Assembly (NCBI GenBank): GCA_043821645.1
Contig: JBDRCO010000106.1
Coordinates: forward strand, 1 to 60,369
Reading direction: 5' to 3'
Source of the DNA: Pseudomonadota bacterium
GTDB lineage: Bacteria > Myxococcota > JACRCW01 > JAFGSX01
Length of the DNA: 60,369 bases
A model generated the notes under the pieces. The model was not told the DNA's origin and searched no databases. It saw only the letters and a list, made by a program, of their open reading frames with translations. The position numbers were made by a program, and so were the translations under genes. The number at the start of each line of letters is the position of its first letter. Position 1 is the first letter of the stretch. Positions 56,646 to 60,369 of the stretch are shown here, one piece after another.

Positions 56646-58289
56646 CTAGCTGGCCGCCACGGCTCGTCTCACCGCGGCTGCCGCGGCGGGTATGACGATG
56701 AGGTGCTGGACACCCAGCGCCAGGAGCTGACCAACCGCCTCGGGATCGGACGCGAGTTCACCACCGACCAGAACGTCGCTGTCCCGCCCAAGCTCGCGTG
56801 CCTGATCCAGGATCAGCCGCAGCATGCGGTAGATGCCGGTGCTCCCGGGCGCCAGGTAGCTGCTGACCGCGGCGTTGTCCCTGTCCGCCGCCGCCAGGTA
56901 TTGAGCCAGGTCGTTGGTACCAACCGCGACGCAGCTCACCAGGGGGAGGATCTCGCGCACGTGCAGGGCCGCCGCGGGGACCTCGATCATCGAGGCGATC
57001 TTGAGCTGGCGGTTGTGCGCCACACCGCGGGCTGCCAGGGAATCGGCTTCCTCGAGCACCATCGTACGCGCGCGAACCACGTCGTCGACGGTGGTAACCA
57101 TGGGAAACAGGATGGTCGCATCGACACCTTCGCTGGCGCGCAAGAGCGCACGAATCTGGGTGCGCAGTTCCTCGGGACGCAAGAGCAGGTGGCGACGAAG
57201 TCCGCGCAGGCCGAGCGAAGGATTGGCCCCTGCCTCGTGCCGGAGGCTTGCCACGACCTTGCCGCCACCCAAGTCGAAGCTGCGCAGGATCAGAGGACAG
57301 CCCCCCAGCGCACGAACCAGCGTGCGATAGACGTCGACCTGTTCCTCCTCGTCGGGCGTGCAGCCATTGGCCATGACCAGGAACTCGGTGCGCAGCAGAC
57401 CGACGCCGCGGAGCATGCGGCGCGGACACTGCTCGACTTGTTCTGGATTGTCGATGTTGGCCCACAAGGTCACGGCCTTTCCATCGCGCGTGTGCACGAC
57501 ACCGTGGGCTTCTGCCTGGGTGGCAGGCTCTGAAATGGACCGCGCGCGCCCCAAGACTGTCGCGATGGTCTCGGGACGAGGACGAAACACGACCTCGCCT
57601 CGCTCGGCGTCCAGCAAGATCGGCATGCCCTCGACGAGAGATGCACGATCCAGTGCCACCCCGCCAACGCTTGGGATCTCGCTGGCTCTAAGCAGGATCA
57701 CTCCATGCGACGAGTAGGCCAGGCTGCTGGTGACAAATCCCACGGCGCCGGCTTGCCTGGCCCGGAGGACGGCCGAGGGATGGAGTTCGGCGGAGACGCA
57801 GATCGTGTCCTCTTCGAAGCGCAGGTGGGGGCGAAACCTCTGCTCGCCGCGCAGCAGGGCTTCGCGCAGGGTCTCGCAGATGTCGCGCAGGTCCTCGATG
57901 CGCCCGCGCAGGTAACGGTCGCGGGACATGGCGAGACGCGAGACCACGGCACGAAAGGCCTGTTCCACGGCCTCCTCGGCGCCAAGCCCGAAGGTGCGAA
58001 TGCGCTCTCGAATGCCCTCGAAGAAGAGAGCATCTTCGAGCACCATCTGATGCGCAGCCATGATCCGGAACAGATCCTCGTCAGCCGCCAGGTGCGACGA
58101 GCGCACGTGCTCCTGCAGATGCTCGCGAACCAGAGCAAGGGCGGTATCCAGCCTCTCCACCTGGTCGAGGTCGGTACGCACCGCCGCGGCTAGAGCGGGC
58201 GCCTCCAGCAGCGTGACATCGAGGTGCGCCCGACCGAGCACCGGGCCGCCGAACAAGGGTCGTCCGGTCAGCCTGATTTCTTCCACCAT
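56646..58289 (-). CDS. PEP-protein phosphotransferase (PTS enzyme I-like), catalytic Cys replaced by Gly
   Basis: GGAGGA RBS; SSHGVIL (phospho-His), GVGLLRTEFL, NPSLGLRG, MIEVP and VGTNDLAQY. VGGE stands where CGE is expected. Confidence 0.85.
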   Translation of the reverse strand: MVEEIRLTGRPLFGGPVLGRAHLDVTLLEAPALAAAVRTDLDQVERLDTALALVREHLQEHVRSSHLAADEDLFRIMAAHQMVLEDALFFEGIRERIRTFGLGAEEAVEQAFRAVVSRLAMSRDRYLRGRIEDLRDICETLREALLRGEQRFRPHLRFEEDTICVSAELHPSAVLRARQAGAVGFVTSSLAYSSHGVILLRASEIPSVGGVALDRASLVEGMPILLDAERGEVVFRPRPETIATVLGRARSISEPATQAEAHGVVHTRDGKAVTLWANIDNPEQVEQCPRRMLRGVGLLRTEFLVMANGCTPDEEEQVDVYRTLVRALGGCPLILRSFDLGGGKVVASLRHEAGANPSLGLRGLRRHLLLRPEELRTQIRALLRASEGVDATILFPMVTTVDDVVRARTMVLEEADSLAARGVAHNRQLKIASMIEVPAAALHVREILPLVSCVAVGTNDLAQYLAAADRDNAAVSSYLAPGSTGIYRMLRLILDQARELGRDSDVLVGGELASDPEAVGQLLALGVQHLIVIPAAAAAVRRAVAAS

Positions 58290-58445
58290 GTCCTCCCCCG
58301 CAAGATCGGACCTGGTATCAAATCGCACCGCGACAGCAAGCTCAAGTCCACCCGGGACACGACTGTGACGGGAGGCAGTCGACCTCTCGCGCCGGCGTGC
58401 TAGAGTCTGCGCCGCGGCGCCTGGGATGGGCGTCCAGGAGCCATC

Positions 58446-60062
58446 ATGCGTGTGCCTCACTCGACCATTCCCGCTCTGTTCTCCCTGTTGTTCCTCGTGG
58501 CCTGCCCCGAACCTGTCACCGATCCCTGCGGTGACGGCGTGGCGGGCGACGACGAGGTCTGTGACGGCAGCGACTTCGCGGGTGCCACCTGCGCCACCGA
58601 GGGCTTCTCTTACGGCGACCTGGCTTGCACCACGAAATGCCGGCTGGACACCTCGGCCTGCGTGGACGACCCCTGCTGGTCTTATCCCTGCGCGCCCTAC
58701 GGCACGTCATCGGGCAAGGTCATCGAAAACCTCGAGCGCCTCGCCAGCAATGACGCGGCCAGGACCCTGGCGGGTGAAGACGGTGTGCTCGCCCTTGCCG
58801 AGCTCTACCAGCAGAACGAAGCCCACGGAGGTTCGCTGCGCGGTGCCATGATCTTCGTGACCACCGGCTGGTGTCCCTTCTGCGCCGAGGAGGCAGACAC
58901 GCTCGAGGCCCTGTACCAGGCCAACAAGGACAGCGGCATCCTGCTCATCGGCATGGTCACCGAGAACAACTCCGGACGACGCGCCACCCCCGAGTTCGCG
59001 CAGGGCTATGCCGAGACACACCACTGGACCTTCCCGACCCTGGCCGGTGATTTCCCCATCGATCTGTGGCTCCCGGACGATGCCGGTGCGGTCCCCATGC
59101 ATGTGTTCGTGGACCTGCGCACCATGCGCATCACCGGACGCTTCACCGGAGTGGGCCATCCCAAGCTTCTGCAGATCGCTCTCACGGAGCTGGTCGAGGG
59201 CCCCCACTATGGCCCCGACTTCTCCCGCGAACCCGATTTTGACTGCGCCCCCGGCGTGGGCACCGAGCATGAGCCCAACACCTCCCTGACCCCCGAGGAC
59301 GGGACCACTCAACCCTTTGCGCTCTCGGGCACGCTGTGCCCACCCCTGGTCGCGGAAGGCATGCTTCTCGACGAGGATGTGGTGGATCTTGGGCAGCTCA
59401 GTGCGGGAGCCGTCGTCGACGTGCAGATGGAGTCCGGGACAGGATCCCCCGCCTACCCCTTCTTCCAGGTCCTGCGCCTCAACAGCACGGGGACCCAGGC
59501 CACCTGGACCCAGATGGGACCCGCACGGCTCAGTGCCGGCCGGATCCGCCGCCAGTTCATCGCCGAGGAGGCGGGCCGCCACGTCGTGGTGGCAGTCGAG
59601 GGGCACGCCATGGCCGGTCTCTTTTACGGTGATTCGCAACCCCCACCAGCACACAGTTGCTGCGAGGGTGGCGACGCATACACCTATGATCTGTCCGTCT
59701 CCAGTACCGCGATCGCGGCGGGCGAGCCCGCCCTTGCAGTGGACCAGACACGCGGCGACGCCATCGATCCGGAGTCCTTGCGGGTCTATCCGCTGGCCCT
59801 CACCACCGGACAGCGCGTTGCCATCGGCATGACCTCGGGCAACGCCAGTGAGCTGGACCCCTACCTGGTCTTGCTCGATTCGCAGAACGGCCAGGTGCTG
59901 GCCTTCAACGACGACAAGGACTACGACAACCAGAACTACAACTCCGAGATCGTGTGGACAGCGACGGCGGATCAGACCGTGTGGGTCGTGGCCAGCTACT
60001 TCAGTGCGCTGTTTCGCGCCACCGCGCCCAGCTACAGCATCCAGGTCAGCACGGTGCCGTGA
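58446..60062 (+). CDS. Lipoprotein with Cys-rich N-region, thioredoxin-like (WCPFC) domain and PPC-like C-terminal domains
   Basis: Lipobox LVAC; CGDGV..EVCDG; TGWCPFC; EHEPN; LDPYLVLLD..NDD. Confidence 0.75.
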   Translation: MRVPHSTIPALFSLLFLVACPEPVTDPCGDGVAGDDEVCDGSDFAGATCATEGFSYGDLACTTKCRLDTSACVDDPCWSYPCAPYGTSSGKVIENLERLASNDAARTLAGEDGVLALAELYQQNEAHGGSLRGAMIFVTTGWCPFCAEEADTLEALYQANKDSGILLIGMVTENNSGRRATPEFAQGYAETHHWTFPTLAGDFPIDLWLPDDAGAVPMHVFVDLRTMRITGRFTGVGHPKLLQIALTELVEGPHYGPDFSREPDFDCAPGVGTEHEPNTSLTPEDGTTQPFALSGTLCPPLVAEGMLLDEDVVDLGQLSAGAVVDVQMESGTGSPAYPFFQVLRLNSTGTQATWTQMGPARLSAGRIRRQFIAEEAGRHVVVAVEGHAMAGLFYGDSQPPPAHSCCEGGDAYTYDLSVSSTAIAAGEPALAVDQTRGDAIDPESLRVYPLALTTGQRVAIGMTSGNASELDPYLVLLDSQNGQVLAFNDDKDYDNQNYNSEIVWTATADQTVWVVASYFSALFRATAPSYSIQVSTVP

Positions 60063-60369
60063 TGCGAGCGCACCTCGCATCCCGATCCGTTTCCGGAGCG
60101 CTCCTCGCGACGACAGCTCTGTTCGGGCTGCTCGTGGCCTGCCCGCCGGGACAGGCAGACGGGGATGCCGGCGCGACCCTGGACAGCACTCCCGGGCTTC
60201 CTGGCGAACCCCTGTCCAGCGAGGAGAGCTCGGACCTGGCCGCCGTCCTGCCCGAGGCCTCGCGCAAGAAGATCGTGGCCATCCCGACATCGCTCCTCGA
60301 TGGCGAGGACATCGACGCCGAGAACACCTCGGTGCTGGAACTCCTGGACAGCCAGGGCCAGCGCGTCGG
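60062..60369 (+). CDS. Putative lipoprotein, 3' end truncated by the window
   Basis: ATG overlaps the upstream TGA (TGATG). Reads MRAHLASRSVSGALLATTALFGLLVAC (lipobox) and the frame stays open to the window end. Confidence 0.6.
   Translation, partial: MRAHLASRSVSGALLATTALFGLLVACPPGQADGDAGATLDSTPGLPGEPLSSEESSDLAAVLPEASRKKIVAIPTSLLDGEDIDAENTSVLELLDSQGQRV

Overview
GC-rich bacterial window, most likely Myxococcota or a related deltaproteobacterial lineage (inferred from a MYXO-CTERM-like segment, many Asp/Ala/Gly-linker lipoproteins and sigma54 two-component systems). The first ~18 kb holds an apparently complete extracellular electron transfer (EET) locus. It comprises a heme-c sensor kinase with a sigma54 response regulator, three multiheme lipoproteins (9, 8 and 15 heme motifs), a beta-barrel porin, an 11-heme periplasmic cytochrome, an ImcH-like NapC/NirT protein and two tandem CbcL-like c+b cytochromes. 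I count 71 heme-binding motifs by eye in the seven cytochromes. The remainder is a housekeeping and accessory mosaic: a divergent CHAD/PPK2 pair, PepSY-TM and DUF4920-like genes, two signal-less LysM proteins with Pro-rich tandem repeats, mazG, an RlmN-like radical SAM enzyme, ppdK, ddl, a trans-sulfuration PLP enzyme, a Spy/ZraP-HK-RR module, a giant FG-GAP/Cys-repeat surface protein and a PTS enzyme I homolog lacking the catalytic Cys. The best candidate for an undescribed system is a LysM protein carrying a 14-aa core repeat (IMPPPGTGHDGPLY) directly upstream of a radical SAM/SPASM enzyme, a possible RiPP or protein-modification cassette. No rRNA, tRNA, CRISPR array or mobile element was recognised. 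All family assignments come from motif recognition, not database searches.
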